Counted from the first letter of the stretch, positions 13,227-25,038 are shown. The stretch: DNA of 64,000 nt from Selaginella moellendorffii (GCF_000143415.4 NW_003314388.1:186001-250000); one strand, 5' to 3'. Program-made: numbers and translations. Notes: generated by a model not told the origin, from the sequence alone.

Positions 13227-16200
13227 TGTGAGGTCCAAGTGTATAACTATTATGCCATATGCTAATATTAGTATAGTGGCCATCGGATTGGTTTCAATTT
13301 ACTCCTATATAAGCTAGAGTATTTGGGCTAATTGATATGCACATTTTTGTATTCCCTTTTTATATTTCATGTACTCACATTAGTGGAGGTGAGGGGCAGC
13401 TTTAATTGTCCTTGAAGTGTGCTTGGATTTGGGATTTTACTTTAAATCTAGCATTTGCATTGTCTAGATCTCCCTTTCCTTATAAATTTTTTTTTTTAAT
13501 TTCTTCTCTTTTGATTTTTTTCCTTTTCGTTCACTTTCATGGCAGAGCACTAGCCTCCTCTTCCATTGACTCTAGAGAAGCAATTGGTGCAATTGCTTGA
13601 CACTATCTACTTGCAATTGAACAATCAAACTCAGTTGATGGTGGTATTCACAGCATATAATACAGCTCCTCCTGCATTTATTGTTAATCCTTGAGTCTGA
13701 CTAGAGTTCTTCCATGGGAATCTTAGAGATGATGTGTATCATTGGTTTGATCACTTCACAGTGATTGCCACATATCATTCTTGGGATGATACTTGGCGTT
13801 TATGTGAATTTTCCACATGTCTCTAAGGGATGGCACTGCAATGGTATAATGGTTTGAACACAGCCATTCATAAGGATTGGAGCATTCTCCTAGACATCTT
13901 CAAATGTGCATTTGAATATGTTGATGATTGTGATGATGCCTTTCAATAATTGTATTGTTTTCGACAAGGGCCATTTAAGTTTGTGATATAATTTGGTGTT
14001 TGTTTCCAAACCTTTTTGCTTCGTGCGGAGCCCAATATGTTAAAACGAATCAAGTTAGGAATGTTATGGCCAATATTTCTTTAAGATCTTATAGGACTTG
14101 TGCATACACTTTTTTTAGCCACCTTTGATGAGGCTCTTTGTTTGGCATAACATTATAAGACATTGCCTCTTCCACTTTTTATTGCATATCTTTCAACTCC
14201 ACTTCCTATGGGAGATAATTTTGTTCCAATAGAGGTTGATAATACTACTACTTGAGTTCAAGGACAAGAGTGAAGACATGTTCATAGTTATGATATCCAT
14301 TATTGGCCACACTTATTGACATTGTTGGAGTTTTCCAGATTAGCAACCTCCATTTCTTGGGTGGAAACCTTAGTGTTAACCATGTCCTGTTAGTGTAGTG
14401 GACGATTTAGACATTGAGATGCTTTCAGGAATTGAGGAGATGTGTGAGTAGTAGAGGGTCCTTGCACAAATAAGTCAATAACCCCTTTATCTTTCTTTCG
14501 GGAGTATCATTAAGGGGTTTATTCAGCATCAATTCATCAAGTATTTACTTTCCAAGTTTGTTTTTATAACAAGAGGTTTCTCTCTCTATGTTAGTTGATT
14601 CAAGCTCAAGTTTATCTTTTATTGCTCAGCTTATTGCCACATATTGCTATCTATATTTGTGTCGTGTGCCAGAGCTAGTTTTCATTCTATATAACAATAG
14701 CTATACATATACATGTGCATGGGATGAGGCACACCTAGTTATGCATGTGGATAATTTCGAGCTTGAACTATAGTCATTATAGGTGGTGCAGAGTCAAAAT
14801 TTTGACCTCATCCTTGGTATAAATTGGTTATGGTGCAATTATGCAAAGTGTGACTTTAAAGCTTCTCTCCCTTGTTTTATACTTCCTTATATTTTTTCTA
14901 TTCCTCTCATTTTTGTTCCTCTTTGTTTCTTTGCTTTTACCTCTACTTTCATTACTTTTGTTTCCCTATTACTTTCTTATATATTTTTTTTTCCAATCCC
15001 TTCAATGGTCTTTATATTGTAATGGTTGATTTGCTTATGAAGGAGTATGCTGATCTCTTTGAATTTGACCTATCGTCTGAGCCCAAGGTTGCAACAAGTC
15101 ATCCTATTCCAACTATGGATGTTTGTCTAATCAAGGTTCTTATTTGTCATTAGTCACCAAAAGAGATTAAGATTTTATAAAAAAGATGTTGAAAAAGGGT
15201 GTTATTCAAAAGTCGTAAAGTCTTTGGATATGTGAATGATGAAGCTTGATGGGAGTATTCATTTTTGCATCAAATATTATCCGTTAAATGAAGTGACGAT
15301 CTTGGATATGTACCCTCTTCCTCACACTATTGATCTCTTGAATCGTATAGGGAGAAGTTGTTGATTCACCAAGTTAGATCTTGCTTCTGGGTAATGGCAA
15401 GTGCCAATGGCCAAGGAAAATATTCTTAAGATTGCTTTTCGTATACCGTTTGGTTTGTACAAGTTCTTGGTGATGCCATTTGGTTTGAACAATACTCCAA
15501 CAAATTTTCAATGAATGATGGATGAGGTTCTTTGTGACATGTTGGAAGTGACTGTTGACTTCATCAATGATAATCCACTCAAAAGGGACATGAGAGGAAC
15601 ACATTCGTGATATTTGTAAGATGTTGGATTGGCTATGGGAAGTTGGTTTAAAGTTGAAGTGGTCGAAGTGCATGTTTGGGTATAATGACACAACTTATTT
15701 TCAGTACCATATTTCTTGTGAAGGTTTGCAAATTGATCCTAAAAAACTTATGGCTATTTTAAACTTCCCTTTTTTGAAGTGTGTCAATGATGTGCAATGC
15801 TTCCTGTGCAAGGTGCAATATCTTGGTCATTTTGTTAATCATTTTGCTGATTGCATTGCACCATTGCAAACATTGCTGAAGTCATCAACGTTATCTTTCA
15901 TCTAGTCTGTGGACTGTGAGCGGGCATTTATGGATCTCAAATAGCTATTAATGACTCCTCCAATTTTGGTGTATCCTAACTACATTCAACCTTTCATTTT
16001 GCATATAAATGCTTCTAATATTGGTTTTGGATGTGTGTTGATGCAAGAGAGCTTGAGTGTGTCTGATCAGTGGCATCCCAATGCATATATTAGTCATACA
16101 TTATAACCAGTAAAAGTGAACTACTCCACAATAGAGAAGGAATGTTTAGTAGTAGTTTAGAGTTTCAAGAAATTTCATAGATATCTATATGGTTCTTAAA

Positions 16201-17304
16201 CATTATTAGAAGGTGATTATGCTACAATTACTTTATTATTGAAGTGGAAGAATTTTGGTTGGTCGTACTACTCTGTATGCTTTGAAGCTTTAGATATATG
16301 ATTTTGATATTCATCACTTGGGGAGTTCTATGGCTGATGTTGATGCCCTTTCTTGAGCTCCTTTTCCTTTTTCACTCTCTTTTCATGTTTTTGACGAGCT
16401 TGTTATTTTAGCATCTATGGATTTTTTAGACGAGGATTCCATACCATCGGCAGATGTTATATTTGATGTTTAGTATCCATAAGGTGCAAAGGAAGATTTA
16501 TCTTCTCTTGATGAGATTCATGAGATTAAAAATATTGAGTCATGGATTCGAATGCTTTGTGATAGGTTTAAGAATCCTGCATCTTGATGACTTGTTATTT
16601 CAGCATTTACATTCTCAATATTGCCTTGAGGAAGGTTTTCTTTATTTTGTTGGGATGGATCCTAATATCATTTATGGCTGGTGGTGCATTTGATCTTTAT
16701 TCCACACTTTCTCCACATCTATTATGATTCTCCTATTTTAGATAGGCATATGGAACATTGTCGTGTCATTAAAAAGCTGTGCAAGTGTTTCTAGTAGCCA
16801 GAGATGTGATATGATATATATGGTATGTGCATAGCTGCATTTGTTGCCAAGCTTATAGTACTCTCCTTTGTGCTACAAAACGATAGTTGGAGTCAATTGT
16901 AGTTATTGTCAAGACCCCCAACAAGATCAAGACTAGAAAATGCTAAAGACAAAGAGAAAAAGCTAGTGAAAACAAAGAAGAGGCCTTAGACTGGTGTTGA
17001 TTCAGATTGTGGAGAAATGGAACAAGGCTAACCTATATATACTATAGGTTGATGAAGCTCCACCACTCTTGGATCGAGGACAGCCTAAATACAGCTGAGG
17101 TCGAGGAGGCGCCAGATCATCATCAGGAATGTGGCTCGAGACTCAGGAATCGGGAAGTGTCTCGAGAGTCAGGAATAGGGAAGTGTCTCGAGAGTCAGGA
17201 ATAGAGAAGTGTCTCGAGAGTCAGGAATGTGGTCTGCAGGTCAGGAATCCGGCGAGAGTCAGGAATGTGGCAAGAATTGGGGGATTCCTGACAGCACCCC
17301 CTCC

Positions 17305-20300
17305 TCAAGAACGAGTGGAATGAGGATGTGAACGAGAACGAAGAGGAGGATGAGATGAGCGGCGAGGGATGGGAGATGGAGAAAAAGAATGAGGACTGGG
17401 ACGAGAAGGATAGCGGCGGTGGAAGTCCTGAACAAGGTCAGGAGAATGAATCAGGTTGTCCGCAGGTTCCCAAGTGCGTTCCTCAGGTCCGTAACCCTTC
17501 CAGTCCACCAGATAGTAGAGTTTAGATCGTGAAATCTTGGAATCAAGGATGTCCTGAACCTCGTACTCAGACCCATCCTCGAGCTGCACTGGTGGAGGCG
17601 GAGGAATGACCCGATTTGGAATAGGACTGGGAATATAAGGCTCAAGGAGAGAGGAGTGAAAAACGGGGTGAATTTGATATGAGGAGGGAAGTGCAAGGCG
17701 ATAAGTGACAGGATTAATGATGGCAGTGATAGGGAAAGGACCAAGGCGTTTGAAATCGAGTTTTGGACAGGGCCTGGTGGTGGAGATATTTCGCCTGAGG
17801 AGCCAGACTTTATCCCCGATATTGTAAGGGGGACAATCCTGACGATGGACATTGGCAAATGTTTTATGAGATTCCTGAGCACGATGGAGGTGGAAGGAGA
17901 TGGAGTTGTGGATTTCCTGAAGGTTGGAGAGAAATGATTCAGAGCGGGGATTTGAACGAGAAGATTCAGATGGAGAAGGAAGTGAGAGATTGAATCGGGG
18001 ATTTCGGCCAGAGTTCGCAAAGAAGGGGGAAACTCGAAGAGAGGAGTGAACAGAGTTGTTATAGGAGAACTCAGCAAGGGGAAGGATATCGAACCAGTTA
18101 TCCTGATGATAGTTGATGAAGCACCTCAAGAATTGTTCCAATGTCTGAATCGTTCGCTCGGACTGCCCATCAGTTTGAGGATGATATGCCAAAGAGAGGT
18201 TGGCCTTCACTCCAAGCAACTGCAAAAACCGTTGCCAGAAATGAGAGATGAACTGAGGCCCCCGATCCGAAACCACATCTGTAGGAATCCCATGAAGTCG
18301 GAAAATTTCCCTGAATACCAGTTTTGCCATGTCCTCGCCCGAAAACTCCTTGGTACATGGCAAGAAGTGCGCCATCTTTGTGAAGCGATCCACCACGACT
18401 AAAATGCTGTTGAAGCCTCCAGAACTCGGAAGATCACTCAAGAAATCCATGGAGATGGATTCCCAAGGACCTGAAGGGACCGGAAGGGAACGAAGCAAAC
18501 CTGAAGGAAGGTGGCGAGGTACCTTATTCCAGGCACAAGTGTCACAGGAGGTAACAAAAGCTTTGATGTAGTCGTCCATGTGAGGCCACCAAAAGTCCCG
18601 TGCAACTAGCTCATAGGTTTTCGCAATGCCGAAGTGACCAGCAGTCGGGCTATCGTGGCACGCCATCAGGATCAACCTTCGAGCATCACCTTCAGGAACG
18701 TAAAGCTGCTCCCCACGGTACAATAAGCCATCTAAGAACTCGAACTCGTCAAATCGCCGGCAGTCGGGAGTCACTGGGTGTCCAGCCTGAAGATGGGGAA
18801 AAATGTCGCTAGCGAGATCATCGGATTGAAGATCGTTTCTGATTGCATCCATCAAGGAGGAGTCCTGAGGGGCCAGGGAAATTGCCATAACTTGAAGCCG
18901 ATCAGGACCGAGGATAACTTGATCCTGTTGATCGAAGGCAAGATTACTAGGCCTGAAACTGAGATAGGAGCGCCTTGAAAGAGCATCAGGAAGGCCTTGA
19001 AACTTTCCAGGTCTGTACTTGATAACAAAGTCAAACCGACTCAGGAATTGTGCCCACCTTGCTTGACGACGGCTTAAAACTCGGGAAGTGGCAAAGTACT
19101 CGAGATTTTTGTGATCCGTCCAGACTGTTGTTTGATGGCTCGCCCCCTCCAAGAAACGGCGCCACTCTCCAAAGGAATCCACGATGGCAAGAAGCTCCTT
19201 GTCGTGGATTTCGTAATTGATCTCCGCAGGCTGGAATTTCCGAGAATAGAAAGCGACCGGATGAAGTTCGTGATCCGCTCCGAGTTGAGATAGCACAGCA
19301 CCAATGGCAAAGTCGGAGGCGTCAGCCTCGATGAAGGAAGGTTGTGAGGAATCAGCATGGATCAAGACAGGAGCAGAACTGAAGGCCGCCTTGAGTGTGT
19401 CGAAAGCCTGCTGGGCAGCAGCAGACCAAGAGAAGGGAACATCCTTGCGAGTGAGATGTGTGAGAGGAAGGACAATGTCAGAGTAGTGATCAATGAATTT
19501 GCGGTAGAAGTTGGCGAAGCCAAGGAAAACCTGAACGTCTGACATTGATTGTGGAGGCTCCCATTCGAGAATAGTCTTGACTTTTGCAGGATCCATCGTG
19601 ATACCCTCAGGAGTGACAATGTACCCAAGGAACTCCACAGACTGCTGATCAAAGGAACATTTCTCAAGCTTCGCGTATAGGCCGTGTTCTCGCAGCTTCG
19701 CTAGCACCTTGCGAACATGTTCGTCATGCTCCTCCTGAGTTTTTGAGTAGATGAGGATGTCATCGAGGTAGACGATCACCATCTGATCAAGAAACTCCCG
19801 AAAAACGTCGTTCGCCATGTGTTGGAAAACCGCTGGAGCATTTGTCAAGCCAAATGGCATGACAGTGTACTCGAAGTGGCCATAGCGGGTTCGGAACGCA
19901 GTCTTCCATTCATCACCAGGCCGGATCCGGATCAGGTTGTATGCTCCACGGAGGTCGATCTTGGTGAAGAAGCGGGCACCGCCGAGGCGTTCCAACAGGT
20001 CCGAGATCAGGGGCAGTGGATAACGGTTCCGAACAGTCACCTTGTTCAAACCTCGGTAGTCGATGACTAGCCGCAAGCTCCCATCCTTCTTCTTGACAAA
20101 GAAGACAGGCGCTCCAGCCGGGGACTGCGAATGCTGAATGTAGCCCGAGGCAAGGTTCTCATCCACGTACTCTTTGAGGGCCTTAAGCTCGGACGGGGAT
20201 AACCCGTAGATAGGCCCCCACGGAGGTGACGCTCCTTCCTGTAAATCAATGGGACAATCATAAGGCCGATGAACAGGCAGTACACTAGCTTTTTTCTTGT

Positions 20301-21078
20301 CAAACACATCCCCAAAATCATGATACTTCTCAGGAAGACTGACAGGAGAAACATGCAAAGCAAAAAGAAAAAGAGGTTCTTCATGAAGGAGTTCTTTCAT
20401 AGTGATTGTGGAGATAGGAGGAGGAGTACGACTAAATGGAATGATGAGACGAGGATACTGTCCGGTGTAATATGGAAGAGAGAAAAAAGAAGAGGATGAA
20501 AACTGCGTAGAGTCAGGAACAGAACCCCGACTTGAGTTTAGGGAACTTTTCCTGATTCGGACTCGATGAACACCAGGGGAAGCCGTGGGAGATGGTGATG
20601 TGGGAGAGATGAGCTGTAAGTCCTTCCAACAAATCTGAGGCTGATGTAGTTGGAACCAAGGAAGACCGAGCACCACAGAGGAAGACTTGCTGTTGATGAT
20701 GTTGAAGGCGATATCGGTGACAGTGGACCCGATGTGTACTCGAACGGGCAACGTTTCCCTAAGTCCAGAAGATGGAGACACAAAATGCCCGCCGATGCCT
20801 TCAACCCTCAGATCCCGTATGGTAGGAGAAAGAGGAACGTGATGTCGGGCAGCAAAGTCCGTGTCCATGAAGCAGGAAGTTGCACCCGAGTCCAGTAGCG
20901 CCAAAGCCTTGAGTCCTGATTGTCCGGTGAAAGAAAGGAGACATGGGACGCGGAAGTTGCAGGAATTGGTGGTGGCTTTGATGAAAGGTGGTGAGGAGCT
21001 TGATAAGGAAGAAAAGTGATTTTTATTTGGGGAGTCCAAACAGACAGCTCCTACTCTGTTTGGACAGGGTCGTTTCCC
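17305..21078 (-). CDS. pol: Pol: protease-RT-RNaseH-integrase-chromodomain, expressed by -1 frameshift from gag
   Basis: ALLDSGAT; FTKIDLRGAYN, YLDDILIYS; EADASDFAIGAVL; HHCC zinc finger and DRFTK...SDRGPQF...GQSE; GPF module; EYEVQDILDSK...YLVDWKGYGPEERTWEP chromodomain; frame is -1 relative to gag. Confidence 0.96.
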   Translation of the reverse strand, partial: GKRPCPNRVGAVCLDSPNKNHFSSLSSSSPPFIKATTNSCNFRVPCLLSFTGQSGLKALALLDSGATSCFMDTDFAARHHVPLSPTIRDLRVEGIGGHFVSPSSGLRETLPVRVHIGSTVTDIAFNIINSKSSSVVLGLPWFQLHQPQICWKDLQLISPTSPSPTASPGVHRVRIRKSSLNSSRGSVPDSTQFSSSSFFSLPYYTGQYPRLIIPFSRTPPPISTITMKELLHEEPLFLFALHVSPVSLPEKYHDFGDVFDKKKASVLPVHRPYDCPIDLQEGASPPWGPIYGLSPSELKALKEYVDENLASGYIQHSQSPAGAPVFFVKKKDGSLRLVIDYRGLNKVTVRNRYPLPLISDLLERLGGARFFTKIDLRGAYNLIRIRPGDEWKTAFRTRYGHFEYTVMPFGLTNAPAVFQHMANDVFREFLDQMVIVYLDDILIYSKTQEEHDEHVRKVLAKLREHGLYAKLEKCSFDQQSVEFLGYIVTPEGITMDPAKVKTILEWEPPQSMSDVQVFLGFANFYRKFIDHYSDIVLPLTHLTRKDVPFSWSAAAQQAFDTLKAAFSSAPVLIHADSSQPSFIEADASDFAIGAVLSQLGADHELHPVAFYSRKFQPAEINYEIHDKELLAIVDSFGEWRRFLEGASHQTTVWTDHKNLEYFATSRVLSRRQARWAQFLSRFDFVIKYRPGKFQGLPDALSRRSYLSFRPSNLAFDQQDQVILGPDRLQVMAISLAPQDSSLMDAIRNDLQSDDLASDIFPHLQAGHPVTPDCRRFDEFEFLDGLLYRGEQLYVPEGDARRLILMACHDSPTAGHFGIAKTYELVARDFWWPHMDDYIKAFVTSCDTCAWNKVPRHLPSGLLRSLPVPSGPWESISMDFLSDLPSSGGFNSILVVVDRFTKMAHFLPCTKEFSGEDMAKLVFREIFRLHGIPTDVVSDRGPQFISHFWQRFLQLLGVKANLSLAYHPQTDGQSERTIQTLEQFLRCFINYHQDNWFDILPLAEFSYNNSVHSSLRVSPFFANSGRNPRFNLSLPSPSESSRSNPRSESFLSNLQEIHNSISFHLHRAQESHKTFANVHRQDCPPYNIGDKVWLLRRNISTTRPCPKLDFKRLGPFPITAIINPVTYRLALPSSYQIHPVFHSSLLEPYIPSPIPNRVIPPPPPVQLEDGSEYEVQDILDSKISRSKLYYLVDWKGYGPEERTWEPADNLIHSPDLVQDFHRRYPSRPSPHSFSPSPIPRRSSHPPLRSRSHPHSTRS

Positions 21079-22028
21079 GACTGCAACAGTGGTGGACTTT
21101 GAGGCAGAGTGAACTCGAGCAATCGAGGAGGCTTCCTGGGACACACAGCTGCTTTGTGATTAGGATCAGCACAGTAGAGGCAAAGATTATGAGATATTCG
21201 ATGTTGCCTCTCAGCAGGACTCAACTTCCCTCTAATGAGTCGGGGAGTACCAGAAATATCCATCGGGACCGGAGCAGTAGGTTCAGGACTATGCCCCGAA
21301 GACTCAAGCTGGGATTCCTGAGTCTGGGACGGAAAAACAGCGGCGCGGCGACTTTCCTGACGACGTTCAAAGAGACGATTGTCACATCGAACAGCTTTGT
21401 TGATGGCGTCCGATAGGTCCTTGGGATCCTCCATGGTGAGCAACAAATCCTTGACACCGTTGTTGAGGCCGAAACGAAATTGGTCAATCAGGGCCCGCTC
21501 ATCCCACTGAGTGTCCAAGGCAAGGAGTTGGAACTCTGCAGCGTAGATCGAGGCAGGACGAGACCCCTGAGAGAGACGTCTCATCTTTGTGGTAGCAGCC
21601 CGAACCCGATCCGTCTCGCCAAAACATGCTTCGAGCTTCTCTTTGAACAATTGAAGATCCATCAGCTCCGGAACCACGACCCCTTTCATGCTCTTCTCCA
21701 GAAGAGGAGAAAACCATGACAAAGCTGCACCCTCGAGCAACGTCCCAATCGCACCGATTTGAGACTCGGGAGTGGGGTACCGCCGATGTTGAAGTGCAAA
21801 GATCAGCTCCATTTGATTCAAAAATCCACGAAGCTCCGAACGCTTGCCTGAAAATTTCGCCGGGAAACTCACCTTCGGTTCAGGAACTTTGCTGGATCCT
21901 TGAGCCGAAAGTGAAGCAAGCTCCTGCTGCATGCGAAGAAGGGTCGCCTTCAGCTCGGTATTCTCAGACTGGATTTTCGCAAGGACTTCGGCAAAGAAAT
22001 CAGGATGGCTTGGAGACTCCATTGGCAA
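21051..22028 (-). CDS. gag: Gag (sushi/PEG10-like capsid + CCHC zinc knuckle)
   Basis: 325 aa ORF; PEPKVSFPAKFSGKRSELRGFLNQ, LSQGSRPASIYAAEF, PVPMDI, LCLYCADPNHKAAVC. Confidence 0.95.
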   Translation of the reverse strand: MPMESPSHPDFFAEVLAKIQSENTELKATLLRMQQELASLSAQGSSKVPEPKVSFPAKFSGKRSELRGFLNQMELIFALQHRRYPTPESQIGAIGTLLEGAALSWFSPLLEKSMKGVVVPELMDLQLFKEKLEACFGETDRVRAATTKMRRLSQGSRPASIYAAEFQLLALDTQWDERALIDQFRFGLNNGVKDLLLTMEDPKDLSDAINKAVRCDNRLFERRQESRRAAVFPSQTQESQLESSGHSPEPTAPVPMDISGTPRLIRGKLSPAERQHRISHNLCLYCADPNHKAAVCPRKPPRLLEFTLPQSPPLLQSGNDPVQTE

Positions 22029-25000
22029 GAAGAAAGAAAAGAAAGGGGGGAAAAGACAAAGGCAATCAAATAATCAAAACAAGCTAAAAGAAAAGCAAAA
22101 AACACAATCTGAATCAAACTGTCAAGACCCCCAACAAGATCAAGACTAGAAAATGCTAAAGACAAAGAGAAAAAGCTAGTGAAAACAAAGAAGAGGCCTT
22201 AGACTGGTGTTGATTCAGATTGTGGAGAAATGGAACAAGGCTAACCTATATATACTATAGGTTGATGAAGCTCCACCACTCTTGGATCGAGGACAGCCTA
22301 AATACAGCTGAGGTCGAGGAGGCGCCACATCATCATCAAGAATGTGGCTCGAGACTCAGGAATCGGGAAGTGTCTCGAGAGTCAGGAATAGGGAAGTGTC
22401 TCGAGAGTCAGGAATAGAGAAGTGTCTCGAGAGTCAGGAATGTGGTCTGCAGGTCAGGAATCCGGCGAGAGTCAGGAATGTGGCAAGAATTGGGGGATTC
22501 CTGACAGTTATGTGTCCGTTTGAGTTGGTGGCATTTGATTTAATAGGGCCTTTTTCACAATTGACTATTAGCAATAAGTATGTTATTATTGCTTCTGACT
22601 ACTTACTAGTGCATTTACAACTATTGTTAAATACTTCCTCCTTAATTAAATGTTGTTCTAGCAATTCTATTTGGAGCGGATTCTTTCGGATAATGGTCCT
22701 GCATTTATGGTTAAGGCATTTCACGTTTTGACATCTCAGTTGGGGATATGCCACACTTTCACGAGTGCTTATCATCCCCAATCAGATGCTTTGATGAAAC
22801 AGCTCATTTAGACCTTCAAAGGGATAATCGTGAAATCTGTGAACTTTCAGCATTTGGATTAGGATGGTTATTTGTCGTCTCTTTAGTATGCATATGTCAT
22901 AGGGGTGTAGAGTTATTTTTGTTCTTCACCAAATAAACTTCTATATTGTCATGATCCAATACCATCAACGGAGTTGGGTTTACCTTCGCAATTGCCACAA
23001 GCTGCAAATGTTATGTCATGGAATCATTATTTAACAAGCATTTTTCCACTTGTCTGAGTAGAGTCTGCCGAACACCTGAGCCACGTACAAGTGGGACAAC
23101 AATGGCATTATAACTCCCATCATTGTCCACCTATAGAGTACAAAATGGATGACTTGGTGTTAGTTTATTTTTTTAATCTTACGATATGTGGTTTATCTAA
23201 GAGGTTGTTGTTAATTCACCAAGTTACATCTTGCTTCTTGGTACTGGTAAGTGCCGATAGCTAAGGAAGGTATTCCCAAGACTACTTTTTGTACTTCATT
23301 TGGTTTAAGGACCATATCAAGTGTTGTGGCAAGTTGGATCGCAAGTATATGAGGTTTGGCATGATGTTCAATAGACTGATCCTCCAAAAATTATGCATGC
23401 GCAATGGTTGAAACGCTTCATACAACAGGATTAAGAACAATTAGCATCACCTATAGATTCACTAATGCCTTCTCTTAATATTCCTCTAAATCTCGGCCTA
23501 TCCACAAGAGAACTCTGACGGTCTTCTATCATTCTAAGAGGAGAGGATGATGTGAGGTCCAAGTGTACAACTACGATGCCATATACTAATATTAGTGTAG
23601 TGAGATTTTGGTAACTATCATATTAGTTTCAATTTGGACCACTCACTCTTGTATATAAGCTAGGGTTTTTGGGTTAATTAATATGCATATTTCTGTATTA
23701 TTCCATGCAATCAAGATTTAGATTTAGATTTTTACTATTTCTTTTAAATGATTTGTAGTAATTTATTTTGAGATTGAATAGTTTTTATTTAATTAAGGAC
23801 TTATATGCAGCTGTAATGGATTTTACAAAGAAACTGATCACTTAAAATGATTAAGATTAAAGATGCTCTAGTGATGCAAGAACTACAATTTCAAGTTGTG
23901 TTTAATATAAGGTCAAAAATAAAAAAAACCTAATAAGCTCTTCCATACAACATCAAATCTTTACCTAATGCTAGATTGAACACTTTATTACTAAATTTAC
24001 TCTTTAAATAACACTCAATATAGTAATTTCTCTATTTTCTAAATTGAAAATAGAGTGGTTTGTGTCAAGACCCCCAACAAGATCAAGACTGGAAAATGCA
24101 AAAGACAAAGAGAAAAGCTAGTGGAAACAAAGAGAAATGGAACAAGGCTAACTTATATATACTATAGGTTGATGAAGCTCCACCACTCTTGAATCAAGGA
24201 CGGCCTAAATATAGCTAAGGTCAAGGAGGCGCCACATCATCACCAGGAATGTGGCTCAAGACTCAGGAATCGTACAGGAAATTAAAGAGTTAGGAATAGG
24301 GAATAGTCTCGAGAGTCAAGAATAAGGAAGTGTCTCAAGAATCAAGAATGTGGTTTGCAGGTCAGGAATCCAGCGAGATTCAGGAATGTGGTATGAATTG
24401 GGGGATTCCTGATAGCACCCCCTCCTCAAGAACGAGTGGAACGAGGACGTGAATGAGAACGAAGAGGAGGAAGGGACGGGAGATGGAGAAAAAGAATGAG
24501 GACTGGGACGAAAAGGATAGCGGTGGTGGAAGTCCTGAACAAGGTCAGGAGCATGAATCAGGTTGTCCGCAGGTTCCCAAGTGCGTTCTTCAGGTCCATA
24601 ACCCTTCCAGTAAACCAGATAGTAGAGTTTAGACCGTGAGATCTTGGAATCAAGGATGTCCTGAACCTCGTACTCAGACCCATCCTTGAGCTGCACTAGT
24701 GGAGGTGGAGGAATGACCCGATTTGGAATAGGACTGGGAATATAAGGCTCAAGGAGAGAGGAGTGAAAAACGGGGTGAATTTAATAGGAGGAGGGAAGTG
24801 CAAGACGATAAGTAACAGGATTAATGATAGCAGTGATAGGGAAAGGACCGAGGCATTTGAAATCGAGTTTGGGACATGGCCTGGTGGTGGAGATATTTCG
24901 CCTGAGGAGCCAAACTTTATCCCCAATATTGTAAGGGGGACAATCCTGACGATGGGCATTGGCAAATGTTTTGTGAGATTCCTGAGCACGATGGAGGTGG

Positions 25001-25038
25001 AAGGAGATAGAGTTGTGGATTTCCTGGAGGTTGGAGAC

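Larger units (their letters stand above)
16907..22506 (-). mobile_element. Intact young chromovirus LTR retrotransposon (Tf1/sushi/Tcn1-like Ty3/Gypsy)
   Basis: 387-bp LTRs 16907-17293 and 22120-22506 (TG...CA, two mismatches seen by eye); 5-bp TSD GTTAT (16902-16906, 22507-22511); PPT GGAGGGGGTGC; uninterrupted gag and pol. Confidence 0.98.
13227..23713 (+). mobile_element. Old degenerate Ty3/Gypsy LTR retrotransposon (interrupted by the element at 16907-22506)
   Basis: LTRs start tgtgaggtccaagtgta at 13227 and 23551; degenerate tRNA-Ala-like PBS tagtggaggtgagggg at ~13381; PPT aagaggagaggatga before 23551; relic protease (LVDSSSSLSFI ~14590), RT (KLDLASG..QV, MPFGLNN ~15370-15495), RNaseH (NYSTIEKECL ~16120), integrase (PFELVAFDLIGPF ~22515). 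Confidence 0.85.

Noticed and set aside
17007-17323. Short ORFs and repeat-spacer-like pattern inside the LTRs
   Set aside because: LTR U3 tandem repeats; not a CRISPR array and not coding
24058-24062. Both chromovirus TSDs start with GTT (GTTAT, GTTTG)
   Set aside because: Two sites are too few to infer a target preference
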